NCBI GenBank assembly: GCA_018304465.1
Contig: JAGVWC010000011.1
Span: forward strand, 64,001 to 128,000
Reading direction: 5' to 3'
Source of the DNA: Candidatus Iainarchaeum sp.
Lineage (GTDB): Archaea > Iainarchaeota > Iainarchaeia > Iainarchaeales > JAGVWC01
DNA: 64,000 nt
Shown: positions 21,049 to 30,635 of the stretch, piece after piece
Layout of the letters: each line of letters starts with the position of its first letter
Position numbering within the stretch: the stretch's first letter is position 1
The notes under the pieces: model-generated
What the model saw: only the letters and a program-made list of their open reading frames with translations
What the model was told of the DNA's origin: nothing
The model's database searches: none
Position numbers and translations under genes: made by a program

Positions 21049-21300
21049 TTTGTGGTTTGTACAGACTGCTGTCTAAGGTATGTACGACAGGCATCTGTAC
21101 TACATTGTGTATGATTGACTTATGGTGCAGTTTCTTGGAAGTACTGACCTTTATCCACTCAGGGGTATAACAACTTGACGTTCACCTGCGAGAAAAGCCA
21201 GGGGGCCCCGAAAAAAAGGATAGGCGCACCGCTGTTTTCCAATGAGGCTCCTGGAAACGAATCCAGGTAACTGCCTCCAACAAACCACAAATCGGGGCGA
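21049..21300 (-). promoter_or_regulatory. Candidate structured 5' leader RNA
   Basis: Nested inverted repeats: 21049-21060 pairs with 21280-21291; hairpins at 21059-21100 and 21244-21277. Confidence 0.4.
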
Positions 21301-21412
21301 ATTCCAAAAAAAAGCGGTAAAAAAAGGTTTGTTTGAAGCGTTTTTTGAGCATTTTTCCGGAAAAAAAAGCAGATAACCGGATAATAAAAAACACATTTTT
21401 TATAACCCGGTT

Positions 21413-22594
21413 TTACGGTTGGTTCGTGACTTTAAGCTTTGGCATGGCAAAAACCGTGAACAACAACAAGTAAACAAACACCACCAACGCCATTCCCAAA
21501 AACGAAAACAAGTGATTGATGCCAAACAAAAAGCCGCCCAACAGCGGACCGATGATCTGGCCGCCGGCGCTAAACGAATTATTCAAACCCAATACGACTC
21601 CGCTTTTTCCCTGAACTTTCTTTGTAATCAACGAAGTAACCGCCGGAAAAACCGACGCGTTTCCCGCGACAAAAATCGCAAGCGGAATCAAAAGCGAAAT
21701 CCAGTCGTTTGTCAAGGCAATGAGAAAAAAACCCAGGCCTGACAAAAACAATCCCGCTTGAATCATGCGAACCTCGCCGAAACGATTTACGAGCGTTCCG
21801 CCGACAAACTGCATGATCATGATCAAGACGCCCACATACGTGAAAATCAAACCCATTTGCGTTGCGTTAAAACCCAGTTTTTCGCTCGTATACAACGCCA
21901 ACGTCGCTTCGATTCCCCCGATCATAAAGGTGATCATCAAACTCGACAAAAACAAAAAAAGCAACGGGGAAGACAGATGCGACAAAAGCGAAACTTCCTG
22001 AGAAACGATTTCCTTGCTTTCCGGTTTTTCTTTCGGTTCTTTCAATTTGAAAAAAATCCACAAAAAATTCAGGAACGAAAAACCCGCTGCGAGAAAAAAC
22101 GCGTCTTGCACGGCAAAAGTCGAAGCGAACCCACCGAACGCGGGGCCGAAAATAAAGCCCAGCGAAAACGTCATTCCCATCAAACCCATGGCGTGGCCCC
22201 GCTGTTTTGGAGTCGTCAAATCGGACAACAACGAAATGCACACCGGAAAAATGCCGGCGGCAAAAAAGCCTTCGAGCGCGCGACCAAGAATCGCCATCCA
22301 AAACGAGGTGGCAAACGCGAACACCAGATACGCCGCCATAAAACCCAGGGTGCCCATCATCAAGACTTTTTTCCGCCCGATCCGGTCCGCGAGTTTTCCA
22401 AACACCGGACTAAAAATCAATTGCATCACGGCAAACGTCGCCGTCAAAAAACCGAGTTCAACCGGCGCGGCGCCAAGAGAAAGCGCGTAAAACGGAAGCA
22501 AAGGCAAAATGATTCCAAAGCCCATGGACGTCAGAAAAAGCGTCAACAGAATCGGTTTCATTCCCGGGATCGAAAAAATTTCCTTAAACGACAT
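21413..22594 (-). CDS. MFS transporter (TetA/DHA1-like)
   Basis: GKLADRIGRK motif A; GFIFGPAFGG; about 12 TM segments. Confidence 0.9.
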   Translation of the reverse strand: MSFKEIFSIPGMKPILLTLFLTSMGFGIILPLLPFYALSLGAAPVELGFLTATFAVMQLIFSPVFGKLADRIGRKKVLMMGTLGFMAAYLVFAFATSFWMAILGRALEGFFAAGIFPVCISLLSDLTTPKQRGHAMGLMGMTFSLGFIFGPAFGGFASTFAVQDAFFLAAGFSFLNFLWIFFKLKEPKEKPESKEIVSQEVSLLSHLSSPLLFLFLSSLMITFMIGGIEATLALYTSEKLGFNATQMGLIFTYVGVLIMIMQFVGGTLVNRFGEVRMIQAGLFLSGLGFFLIALTNDWISLLIPLAIFVAGNASVFPAVTSLITKKVQGKSGVVLGLNNSFSAGGQIIGPLLGGFLFGINHLFSFLGMALVVFVYLLLFTVFAMPKLKVTNQP

Positions 22595-22643
22595 GAAACC
22601 ACAAAACCATGCGAGAAATCAAAAAAAAGTTTATATAAACAGA

Positions 22644-23300
22644 TTATAAACAGATCTCTTGGCGTGTTTTTTCCGGAAAACCCCCCGCTATCCACACCCG
22701 GGCAAGATCGACATCCGCCAAAGAAACATCGTGCCCCAACTCGAGCCATTCGCATTGAACCTGACAGCGGGTTTTTTCCAAATACGCAAGCAATTCCGTC
22801 GTCTTGGCGGGAAAAATCAGCGCGTCTTTTTTTCCGGCCAACACCAACACTTTTTTCCCCGATAAATCCGGAATATTCACCGGTTTTGACGGCAACAAAG
22901 GCCTAAGCAAAATAACGCCGGAAATCGAATCGGGATAATGCAACAACAAATTCACCAGCATGTTCGCGCCATTCGAATATCCGACCCCAACCAACGCGTC
23001 CTCGGAAAAAGAATATTCTTTTGCCGCGTTCGAAACAAATTTCTTCAGTTCTTTGGTGCGAAGACGCAAATCCTCCAAATCGAATGCCCCTAGCGCGGTT
23101 CGCCTGAAAAAACGATTCGCGTTTCCTTCCAGCACTTTTCCGCGAGGACACAGAATATTCGCGGCGGGGCGAATTGCTTTTGCAATTTCGAACAAATCGT
23201 TTTCATCTCCGCCCGTGCCATGCAATCCCAGCAATGTCATCGAATCGTTTTTCGCCGATCGCTCGAATCGATGAAAAAAACCCAATTTCGGTGTCGTCAT
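22644..23300 (-). CDS. Alpha/beta hydrolase (MhqD-like carboxylesterase)
   Basis: LHGTGGDE, GYSNGAN nucleophile motif, GH. Confidence 0.88.
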   Translation of the reverse strand: MTTPKLGFFHRFERSAKNDSMTLLGLHGTGGDENDLFEIAKAIRPAANILCPRGKVLEGNANRFFRRTALGAFDLEDLRLRTKELKKFVSNAAKEYSFSEDALVGVGYSNGANMLVNLLLHYPDSISGVILLRPLLPSKPVNIPDLSGKKVLVLAGKKDALIFPAKTTELLAYLEKTRCQVQCEWLELGHDVSLADVDLARVWIAGGFPEKTRQEICL

Positions 23301-24232
23301 GCCTTCGACTCCGTTTTAAGCAAAGGCAGCGATTGTTCGATTTGCGATCGCATGGATTCAAACCACGGCGGAAGCGTCAATTCTTTTCCCAGTTTTTCCA
23401 CGGATTGATCGATCAAAAAACCAGGCGAATCCGTGGCAATCTCAAACAATGCGCCGCCCGGTTCGTTAAAATAAATCGATTTGAAATAAAACCGCTCGAC
23501 TGCAGGAGTCACGTTTACCTTTTTTTTGACGAGCTGTTCACGCCAACGAACCTGGTGATCGGCGTCTTTGACCCGAAAAGCCACGTGATGAATGCTACCG
23601 TTTCCTTGCCGAGCCAAACGCGAATCCGGCTGAATTTTCACATCCACGAAACTGTTGCCGCTCGAAAACCGGGCCATGTCGCTTTCGGGTTTTTGATGCG
23701 GAGCAAACAAAAGAACTTTTTCTAAAAAATCGGCAGTCCGGCCAAAATCGTTCGGAATCAACGAGACGCCGGCAAATCCGCGGATCGCATGGTCCACAGG
23801 CACATCGCTTTGATTCCACGGCCGGGTGTCAAATAAGGATTCTTGCCCGACTAATTCAACTGACAAACCGCTTGCATCCGAAAAATTCAAAACGGATTCT
23901 CCAAAACGATTCGTTTCCCCAAAAAAAATCTCGTGTTTTTTCAAGCGTTTTTTCCAAAACGAAATCGAATGAAGCGGAACCGAAAACGCCATCGAATCGA
24001 TACTGCCTGCGCCGGGTTTTTGGTCCGGCAGCACCCAATTGAAAAAAGTCAAAATCGTTCCGGGTTTACCGGTAACGTCCCCGAAATACAAATGATACAC
24101 CGACGGGTCGTCAAAATTAACGGTTTTCTTGACAAACCGAAGCCCCAAAATCTTCGTGTAAAAATCAAACGTAGCCTGAGCGTCTGAAGAAATCGCGGTC
24201 ACGTGATGAATCCCGTTGATCGGTGCAATCAT
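23297..24232 (-). CDS. Ring-cleaving dioxygenase (MhqO-like VOC family)
   Basis: GIHHVTA, VKKTVNFDD, HHVAFR, YF.SIYF.EPGG.LFEIAT. Confidence 0.92.
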   Translation of the reverse strand: MIAPINGIHHVTAISSDAQATFDFYTKILGLRFVKKTVNFDDPSVYHLYFGDVTGKPGTILTFFNWVLPDQKPGAGSIDSMAFSVPLHSISFWKKRLKKHEIFFGETNRFGESVLNFSDASGLSVELVGQESLFDTRPWNQSDVPVDHAIRGFAGVSLIPNDFGRTADFLEKVLLFAPHQKPESDMARFSSGNSFVDVKIQPDSRLARQGNGSIHHVAFRVKDADHQVRWREQLVKKKVNVTPAVERFYFKSIYFNEPGGALFEIATDSPGFLIDQSVEKLGKELTLPPWFESMRSQIEQSLPLLKTESKA

Positions 24233-24311
24233 TACTCAATTATACTCCAAAGTTCTTTAATGGTTTCACTTCAAAAACAAAAATTTTTAAAACAACTGAA
24301 TTATCTTCACT

Positions 24312-24530
24312 ATGGTCGAAAAGGAGGATCAAAAGACCAAATTTATTCCACTCGTTTTCGTGGGAATTGGATTATTGCTGCTGGTCGTCGGATGCATCCA
24401 AGGTTCGCGATTAACGAAGGCTGCGGAAAAGACGCAACAGAACTATTCAACACGCGGCCCACGGGAAGCAGAACACCGTATTCGGATCGCGCGCGAAGCT
24501 TTCTGCCAAAATTCTACATCGGCGAATTAA
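24312..24530 (+). CDS. Small lipoprotein-like hypothetical protein or fragment
   Basis: LLLLVVGC lipobox-like motif; 72 aa. Confidence 0.4.
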   Translation: MVEKEDQKTKFIPLVFVGIGLLLLVVGCIQGSRLTKAAEKTQQNYSTRGPREAEHRIRIAREAFCQNSTSAN

Positions 24531-24583
24531 AACAGTAACATCTCCTTAATTCTATTCTTTTCTTTTTAATTTAGGAAAATTCT

Positions 24584-24641
24584 GCCAAAAGTTATATTTT
24601 TCTTGTTCGTTTTTATTTCAGCGGATAAAGATATCTTCCCA
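24584..24641 (-). repeat. scpA 3'-end repeat copy (WEDIFIR*NKNEQEK)
   Basis: gccaaaagttatatttttcttgttcgtttttatttcagcggataaagatatcttccca aligns to the scpA end at about 33576-33633. Confidence 0.85.
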
Positions 24642-24674
24642 CAACGTTGCGTTTATTACAAAAAAAGAATTTTT

Positions 24675-25079
24675 TCAATCTGATGAAACAATTTCAAAGG
24701 CCAATAAATACTCGTCGTTTATTTTAAGCGCATATTTTCCATTGGCACCCGCTAAACCAACCGTACGGGTATAATATTCAGTCCATCCATCAAAACGCGA
24801 ATCCAACTTCTGCCATCCAAGCTGGTTTAGATCTTGGCTCAAGAGAGTATTTGGGTATTCAACAAACTCGAATTGATTCAGAGTGATTTGGGTTTTTGTC
24901 AGAACATGCAATTCATCGAACGATTCAAAACTTGAACACCGGAAATTAAAATCGGGTGGAAGACTAGCTACATTGCATTGTAATACCGGCTTATTTGCCC
25001 AAAATGGCTTCTCTCCCACACACCCCATCAACAGGAGCCCCCCTACCAGGAGGATACAAACCAAAGAAAGATGTTTCAT
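24675..25079 (-). CDS. Hypothetical lipoprotein (cassette gene)
   Basis: LLLMGC lipobox; flanked by scpA-end repeats. Confidence 0.7.
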   Translation of the reverse strand: MKHLSLVCILLVGGLLLMGCVGEKPFWANKPVLQCNVASLPPDFNFRCSSFESFDELHVLTKTQITLNQFEFVEYPNTLLSQDLNQLGWQKLDSRFDGWTEYYTRTVGLAGANGKYALKINDEYLLAFEIVSSD

Positions 25080-25130
25080 GTTTCAAATACAATTAGAAAG
25101 AATAAAAATGTTCCTACAACGCATTTGTTT

Positions 25131-25146
25131 TGGCAAGAACAATTTC
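25131..25146 (+). repeat. Inverted copy of the scpA WQEQF half-site
   Basis: tggcaagaacaatttc is the exact reverse complement of 32930-32945. Confidence 0.6.
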
Positions 25147-25192
25147 CTTTTTCACGAATTCCACAAAATAAGTTTAATTGCTGTTCTCTTGC

Positions 25193-25226
25193 GTTTTGTT
25201 CGAGCGGATGAAAATATCTTCCCAAA
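25193..25226 (-). repeat. scpA 3'-end repeat copy (WEDIFIRSNK)
   Basis: gttttgttcgagcggatgaaaatatcttcccaaa. Confidence 0.75.
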
Positions 25227-25268
25227 TTAACGAGTCTATTTTTAAAAGAAATTTTGTTTGGATCGGTT

Positions 25269-26420
25269 TCAATTCGGAAGCGACAAATCCCATTCTATTT
25301 TTTGATTCCCCGTAAAATCATCCGTATCGGGATGCGCGGCCCAAGAGTCATTCAATGATCCGTTCAATCTCCCGGATTCGGTCCAGGTTCCCTCGATGAA
25401 CGCCAGAGTTATTCCCAGTGGTTCGTCGTACGATTGGGCGGTTTCTTCGCAGCCTTCTTCGTTGGTCTGGGTCACGGTAACGTGCACCATGACCGCTTTG
25501 TCCACGATGGGTCCCGAATAAGTTCCGTCCGCATAGACGCCGACATATCCATCCTCATATCGATCCAATACTTCGCTTCCACTGCCTGTTCGAACCGTCG
25601 TAGCGCAGTCGTCCCGGGTCGTTTCCTGAAACTCCCAGGTCAATAATCCGTCAGACCAATAATACGTCAAGGCCTCCGGATTCCGATACCCGAAAACAGC
25701 ATGTTCTTTCAAAGTCCCGCCCAGTATGGATACTCGAAGGAAATGGTTATACGAATAATTTCTCGTCGCCCATTCACGGGTGACCCAACTACACTGCAAC
25801 GGCGCCGAAGCCGCCCGGTTCATGATCTGGGTATTCAACGCGTCCAAATCCGCGGTACTTGTCAATTCGGCTAATTCGATCAAACGCCCCTTGCACAGGG
25901 TCGAATTCGTTAACACGCCTTCGATATACGCTTTGATCTTATTCTTCACCGCATCCATCAATTCCGGGTCCTTGATGCCAAGCGATTCGGCCCACGAAAA
26001 CGCATCCAACCATGCGCGCGGAGTGGATGCGGGATCCGATAACACGAACCGAACCCATTCCTTGATTCGGGCCACTACTTCAGCCGGCAATTCATCCTCC
26101 GAGACACCCGCTTCAATCAGGATCCGCATGGCCGCGGACTGCTGTGCGATCGTCGAAGAACTGCTTTTCATCACGTCTTTGGCGTCTTCGATCTTGGGAT
26201 CGTTGTCCGCGTCCGGATCCGGTCCCGGATTGTTTCCCAACGGACCCGAATCGTCATTCGAATCCGATGCGGGATTATTCGAACCGCTTGGCGGAAAAGT
26301 CGCCGCATTTGGACCCGTCGAAGACGGAACCTGGGCACAACCGACAAGCCACACGAGCAAAAGCACGGCCAACGGCCACACGATCAATCGAAGACGCCTA
26401 TTCACGGGAAAACCAATCAC
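25269..26420 (-). CDS. Hypothetical lipoprotein (cassette gene)
   Basis: LLLVWLVGC lipobox, then a P/S/N/D-rich linker. Confidence 0.7.
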   Translation of the reverse strand: MIGFPVNRRLRLIVWPLAVLLLVWLVGCAQVPSSTGPNAATFPPSGSNNPASDSNDDSGPLGNNPGPDPDADNDPKIEDAKDVMKSSSSTIAQQSAAMRILIEAGVSEDELPAEVVARIKEWVRFVLSDPASTPRAWLDAFSWAESLGIKDPELMDAVKNKIKAYIEGVLTNSTLCKGRLIELAELTSTADLDALNTQIMNRAASAPLQCSWVTREWATRNYSYNHFLRVSILGGTLKEHAVFGYRNPEALTYYWSDGLLTWEFQETTRDDCATTVRTGSGSEVLDRYEDGYVGVYADGTYSGPIVDKAVMVHVTVTQTNEEGCEETAQSYDEPLGITLAFIEGTWTESGRLNGSLNDSWAAHPDTDDFTGNQKIEWDLSLPN

Positions 26421-26472
26421 GCTATCAGAATGAATTTTCCTACTATTTATGGATTGCGTTATGAATCGCTCA

Positions 26473-26518
26473 TTACGCTTCCGTGTCCCATTTCACGAAG
26501 AAGTCTTCCCGCGACCGC
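26473..26518 (-). repeat. Divergent scpA 3'-end copy (REDFFVKWDTEA*)
   Basis: gaagaagtcttcccgcgaccgc matches gaagatgtcttcccacgaccgc at 54127; the translation is conservatively similar to WEDIFIRWN. Confidence 0.55.
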
Positions 26519-26625
26519 ACAAATCCAAACGAGCCGAGGCCATTTTGCAGGGAAAAGATATACAGTTGTGAAGGCAAAAAAAAGCATATTTTTATGGGAA
26601 CAAAACCGCCGTAAAACCACGTTTT

Positions 26626-28917
26626 TCAGGGATTCCGTTTCAGGAGAACCCCTGATTTGGCTTCCATTGCAATCGAGGAAACCGGCGCGCCCGAAAGCGT
26701 ATAAAACGTGCCTGCAAGCGAAACCGTTTCGGTCACGGTTCCCGAATTCACGAGCACGAGCACGTTTTGGTATTCGCGCTCATACACGCCGACGGTTCCG
26801 GAACGCAGGTGATATTCTTCACGCGGCTGCCCCACGTTGGTGTCCCACGCGTCAAAATGCACGTAGGTCTGGTAGGGCCCCGGATCCAAACCGAAATGAA
26901 AAAACGCGAACCGCTGGTTTCCAAGCAAGAAAGTCGCGAACGAATAGGACGCCACTTTTTTCATCTGAATGGTATCCGGATCAGAGGGATTGAGCCTATT
27001 CGCGTCCGGCAACCGGAGCCGCCCTTGTGCAAGATAAATCCGCGTCTTCGAAATCGAATTCAGTTCATCCAACTGCTTTTTCCAAGTGGCGCCTGAAAGC
27101 CACGAACCAATGGGAGCCGTCCACGGAGACGCGACGAATTGCTCGTCCATTCCCCCATCAGTTAAACTCGGAAACGAATCGTCTTCGGTCCAACTGTAAA
27201 TGATTCCGTTAAAAACAGTGAGCTTGGGCTTGATTGCGGCCCGAACGAACGAAATCGTATCACTCATGCGCTGGGGCCACGCGTCAATGAAAGCCTGATC
27301 CGGTTCGGACAATGCCCGATAACTCACATACACCGTGCTGTAGGGCTCAACCGGAGTTCCGAGCACGATCTGGTTTTTGGAATAGCTTCCGCCTGCAAAA
27401 AAATCGGTTCCGGTTTGGTCCGGATTATCGAACGCCGTGATGTCGTTTTCACACGCGTAATACGGTTGTGGCGTGTGCAAATTCTCATCCGGCAGATCAA
27501 TGGTTTTTCCGTCGGATCCGACCGTCTGGGACTCGCTTGAAACCCAGCGGATAAATCGGTTGGCGGTCACAATCCGTCCCAGCGCGTTGTCCAGGAATAT
27601 TCCGTCCAAATTTTGGTTTTTGGAAAGAAGCGCTTTCGAATAATCGGCCAACGCTTCCCGCCAAGCGGTTTCCGGATTGATGAGATACCCCGTGAAATAA
27701 CAACGGTGCCGCAGACGGTTTTCGCGAGTAACCGGATGGTTCCGGGCATGGGCAAAGGCGTTCTCGTTGTCTTTGATCGCGTCCCAGACCTCTTTCACCC
27801 AGGTTTCATTCTCGTAAACCGTGTAGGTCTGGGCATACTCGACCACGGGAAGACGGTTACTGGATTGAGACAACAACTCCGATCCAAATACCAGGCCCCG
27901 AATCGAAAAATCCAGTTTGTCAAGCAAAAAATCATGAATTTGCATCGGATCCGTGACTTCCGAGACCGTTCCGTCAAGATGAAACCGCTGTACTTTCGTC
28001 ACATTGTAGGCCGGAAACTGGATTTTGACTATATCGGACTGGCTTGCGATCAGACAATCCCACGGGCAATTGTCTGTTCCCTCGCCTTTGCCGCACACCT
28101 GGTCCCCGCAGACACCCGCGCAATCCGAAGGACACGTCAACGCGGTTTCGCCGGCTTCGCACGCGTCGTTTCCGCACGAGTTGCATTGCGAAACATCGAA
28201 CCCAGAACAATCCGGCTTGCAGGAAAGCGATCCGCCTGCGAAGCCCTGCAATCCACAAGTCTGGGAATTCAAGTCGGAAGAATCACAGGATTCGAATCCC
28301 TCAATGATTCCGTTTCCGCAGGAGTAGACCGGCGGGGTTTCCAAAATGCATTGTTTGACATCAAAGCTTCGGCAATCGGACGCACACAACAAGGTTCCGC
28401 CTTTAAATCCAAACGACCGGCAGGTAGTGCCGTTTAACTTCTCCTTGTCGCAGACCTCCGGCGTTTCAATCACCGAATCGCCGCACACGGGCCGTGAACC
28501 GCAATCATTCGAATTGCAGACGGGTAAAGCCGGACAATCGACTTTACACGAATTCGAATTCTCGCCGATTTCTGATTCACACACGCCATTGGCATTGCAC
28601 ACCCAACAATCCAATAAACAATTATTCACGTTCTCGCCGGTTTCACACACCGAATTCCCGCAAAGGTACTCCGGATTCGACACCGGAAGAACCGGGTCCG
28701 GCAAATTTCCGAAAAAATTGGCATCACTGTTTGAGTCGCCTACCGGCAAAGCAGGCGGTCTTTGAACCGACAGCCCCACCCAAGTGATTCCGATAACAAG
28801 AACAACAAACAAGACCAAGGAAACCGTGTTAAGCATTTGATTGATCGGCGCCTTGCCAGACGGTGTGGACACGAACACAAGATCTTTCGATGCGTCGGAT
28901 TCCATGTAGATTAACAA
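26626..28917 (-). CDS. Membrane-anchored protein with Cys-rich (DUF4215-like) repeats and a putative glycoside hydrolase domain
   Basis: N-terminal TM; CGNSVCE.GE...C..DC repeats; DGIFLDN; VYEREY...VLVN. Confidence 0.7.
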   Translation of the reverse strand: MLIYMESDASKDLVFVSTPSGKAPINQMLNTVSLVLFVVLVIGITWVGLSVQRPPALPVGDSNSDANFFGNLPDPVLPVSNPEYLCGNSVCETGENVNNCLLDCWVCNANGVCESEIGENSNSCKVDCPALPVCNSNDCGSRPVCGDSVIETPEVCDKEKLNGTTCRSFGFKGGTLLCASDCRSFDVKQCILETPPVYSCGNGIIEGFESCDSSDLNSQTCGLQGFAGGSLSCKPDCSGFDVSQCNSCGNDACEAGETALTCPSDCAGVCGDQVCGKGEGTDNCPWDCLIASQSDIVKIQFPAYNVTKVQRFHLDGTVSEVTDPMQIHDFLLDKLDFSIRGLVFGSELLSQSSNRLPVVEYAQTYTVYENETWVKEVWDAIKDNENAFAHARNHPVTRENRLRHRCYFTGYLINPETAWREALADYSKALLSKNQNLDGIFLDNALGRIVTANRFIRWVSSESQTVGSDGKTIDLPDENLHTPQPYYACENDITAFDNPDQTGTDFFAGGSYSKNQIVLGTPVEPYSTVYVSYRALSEPDQAFIDAWPQRMSDTISFVRAAIKPKLTVFNGIIYSWTEDDSFPSLTDGGMDEQFVASPWTAPIGSWLSGATWKKQLDELNSISKTRIYLAQGRLRLPDANRLNPSDPDTIQMKKVASYSFATFLLGNQRFAFFHFGLDPGPYQTYVHFDAWDTNVGQPREEYHLRSGTVGVYEREYQNVLVLVNSGTVTETVSLAGTFYTLSGAPVSSIAMEAKSGVLLKRNP

Positions 28918-29075
28918 AGAGGATTCGCCAATAAAAAGCTAACTGAAAAAAAGATTTTTTTTCTATTTGGAAACGCGAAATCCGTTTTTTTTCAAATCCA
29001 AAATCACGGAATTTAGCTTCTCGATTATTTTCCCACAGCCCGATGGCAATTCAAAACAAAAAAAATAAAAAGATT

Positions 29076-29092
29076 AGAGGCGATTCGCCTCT
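29076..29092 (-). terminator. Intrinsic terminator-like hairpin
   Basis: agaggcg-att-cgcctct, 10 nt after the 29102 stop, with T-rich runs on both strands. Confidence 0.55.
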
Positions 29093-29101
29093 TTTTTGAC
29101 C

Positions 29102-30451
29102 TTACGGAATCGAAATAATGCCGTCGACTCCGATCTCGAGAATGACTTGGGGTCCAATGCGCATATCGACACCCATCTCGCCGTCTTCATTCATTCCAAC
29201 AGCGTGTTTGGTCGTGGTGATTCCACCCACTAAGATCACTTTTTGGCCTTGGGTCACCGAAACATCCACTTCGGATTTGGTTTCAACCAAGATAACGGGG
29301 GCCAAAATATACTTTCCATTGCCCGTTACATGCAGCGAATCATCCGCATTAAAATCCAATACCGCAGTGGCCGTCTCGTTTTGGTCCACTTCAAGATTGG
29401 CGTCAATTCGCAGTACATTTGACGGAAGCTTCGCGGTTTTGGCCTGGTTATCGACCGTCAAGTTGACATCGGACACGGATAACCGAATCTGATCATATGT
29501 TCCGGCCATCACATTGACATCCGCCATCAATGCGATTGAACTGTCGGCACTCAATGCGATCAGGTCGAATGTTTGCACCGAAGAAGAAATGGTATTCCAC
29601 AGGCCTGCATTCGAATCGCGGACTTCCACGCGTGTAACCGTCAGCAAAATACTGGTTACATTGTTCAAGTCTTTTTTGGCATCCGTGATTCCAATGACCA
29701 CGCGTCCGTTTCCCCGGCCTTGCGGACCAAGACCAATTCTAATTTTGCCTTGGGCATCAATGTCAAGGGCCGTGTCGCGGGGAATGCCGATTCCAACACC
29801 CATGTTTCCCTGGATGTCCATTCCGAATTTGGCGTTTGATTTAACAGTTCCGCCTCGAACTGAAATGGAATTGTTCGAACCTGCTTCAACTGTTGCATTG
29901 CTTCGGGTTTCCATTTGAATTACCGGCGCCAGAATATATTTGCCGTTTCCCGTGACATGCAATGATTCGTCAGCCAATACATCCAAAACAACAGTCGAAG
30001 TCGAGTTGCTATTGACATCTAATTGCCCCACTAGTTTTAGTTCGTTGGATGGCAATTTGGCTTCGGTGGTTCCGGTTTCATCCGTGACCATCACTTTAGA
30101 AATCTGCAACCGCAACTGCTGATACGTTCCAGGCTGCAAATTGACATCCGTCAATGCAACCACCATGGATTGCGACTTTAAGGCCAACAAATCCACTGTT
30201 TTGGATGTGGATGATACGGTTACCCAGCCTTTGGATGCACTATGCACTTGAATCTGATCAATCGTCACATCGATTTTTGATACGGACTCCATGTTTGCGG
30301 CCGCATCCGTGATTCCGATGACTATCCGACCGGTTGAGGCACCACCATTTGGATTCGACGGGGCACTTGTACAACCAACGAGTAATAGCAGAAGTACTAA
30401 GGCCACCATTCCGATTGGAACTGAAAAACGCTTCAAACTCATTCTATCCAC
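29102..30451 (-). CDS. Lipoprotein with two tandem DUF4382-like domains
   Basis: LVGC lipobox; duplicated GR.VIGITDA...GTY.Q.RL...KLPSN...SLHVTGNGKYILAPVI. Confidence 0.8.
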   Translation of the reverse strand: MDRMSLKRFSVPIGMVALVLLLLLVGCTSAPSNPNGGASTGRIVIGITDAAANMESVSKIDVTIDQIQVHSASKGWVTVSSTSKTVDLLALKSQSMVVALTDVNLQPGTYQQLRLQISKVMVTDETGTTEAKLPSNELKLVGQLDVNSNSTSTVVLDVLADESLHVTGNGKYILAPVIQMETRSNATVEAGSNNSISVRGGTVKSNAKFGMDIQGNMGVGIGIPRDTALDIDAQGKIRIGLGPQGRGNGRVVIGITDAKKDLNNVTSILLTVTRVEVRDSNAGLWNTISSSVQTFDLIALSADSSIALMADVNVMAGTYDQIRLSVSDVNLTVDNQAKTAKLPSNVLRIDANLEVDQNETATAVLDFNADDSLHVTGNGKYILAPVILVETKSEVDVSVTQGQKVILVGGITTTKHAVGMNEDGEMGVDMRIGPQVILEIGVDGIISIP

Positions 30452-30529
30452 CCAATAAACATGAGTAATATTTCAATATAAATCAGTTGCTTTTATAGCG
30501 ATCGGCCATTGTGACGAGTAACAAACCCG

Positions 30530-30604
30530 GCCAAAAGTCTTATTTTTCCTGTTCGTTTTTATTCCAGTGGATGAAAATATCTTCCCAGAATTGTTCATGC
30601 CAAA
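30530..30604 (-). repeat. scpA 3'-end repeat, long copy (WHEQFWEDIFIHWNKNEQEK*)
   Basis: About 75 bp aligning to 33576-33650, several differences synonymous. Confidence 0.92.
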
Positions 30605-30635
30605 AATGTGTAAATGTGATTGACCACGAAATGAC

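Noticed and set aside
21758-22906. Long antisense ORFs (also 20007-20960, 45123-46133, 49472-50413, 57653-58573)
   Set aside because: These are shadow frames of well-supported genes on the opposite strand and carry no family motifs.
29020-29040. Possible further repeat copy (attattttcccacag)
   Set aside because: Only a short ttccca match; the translation WENNREAK does not resemble WEDIFIRW.
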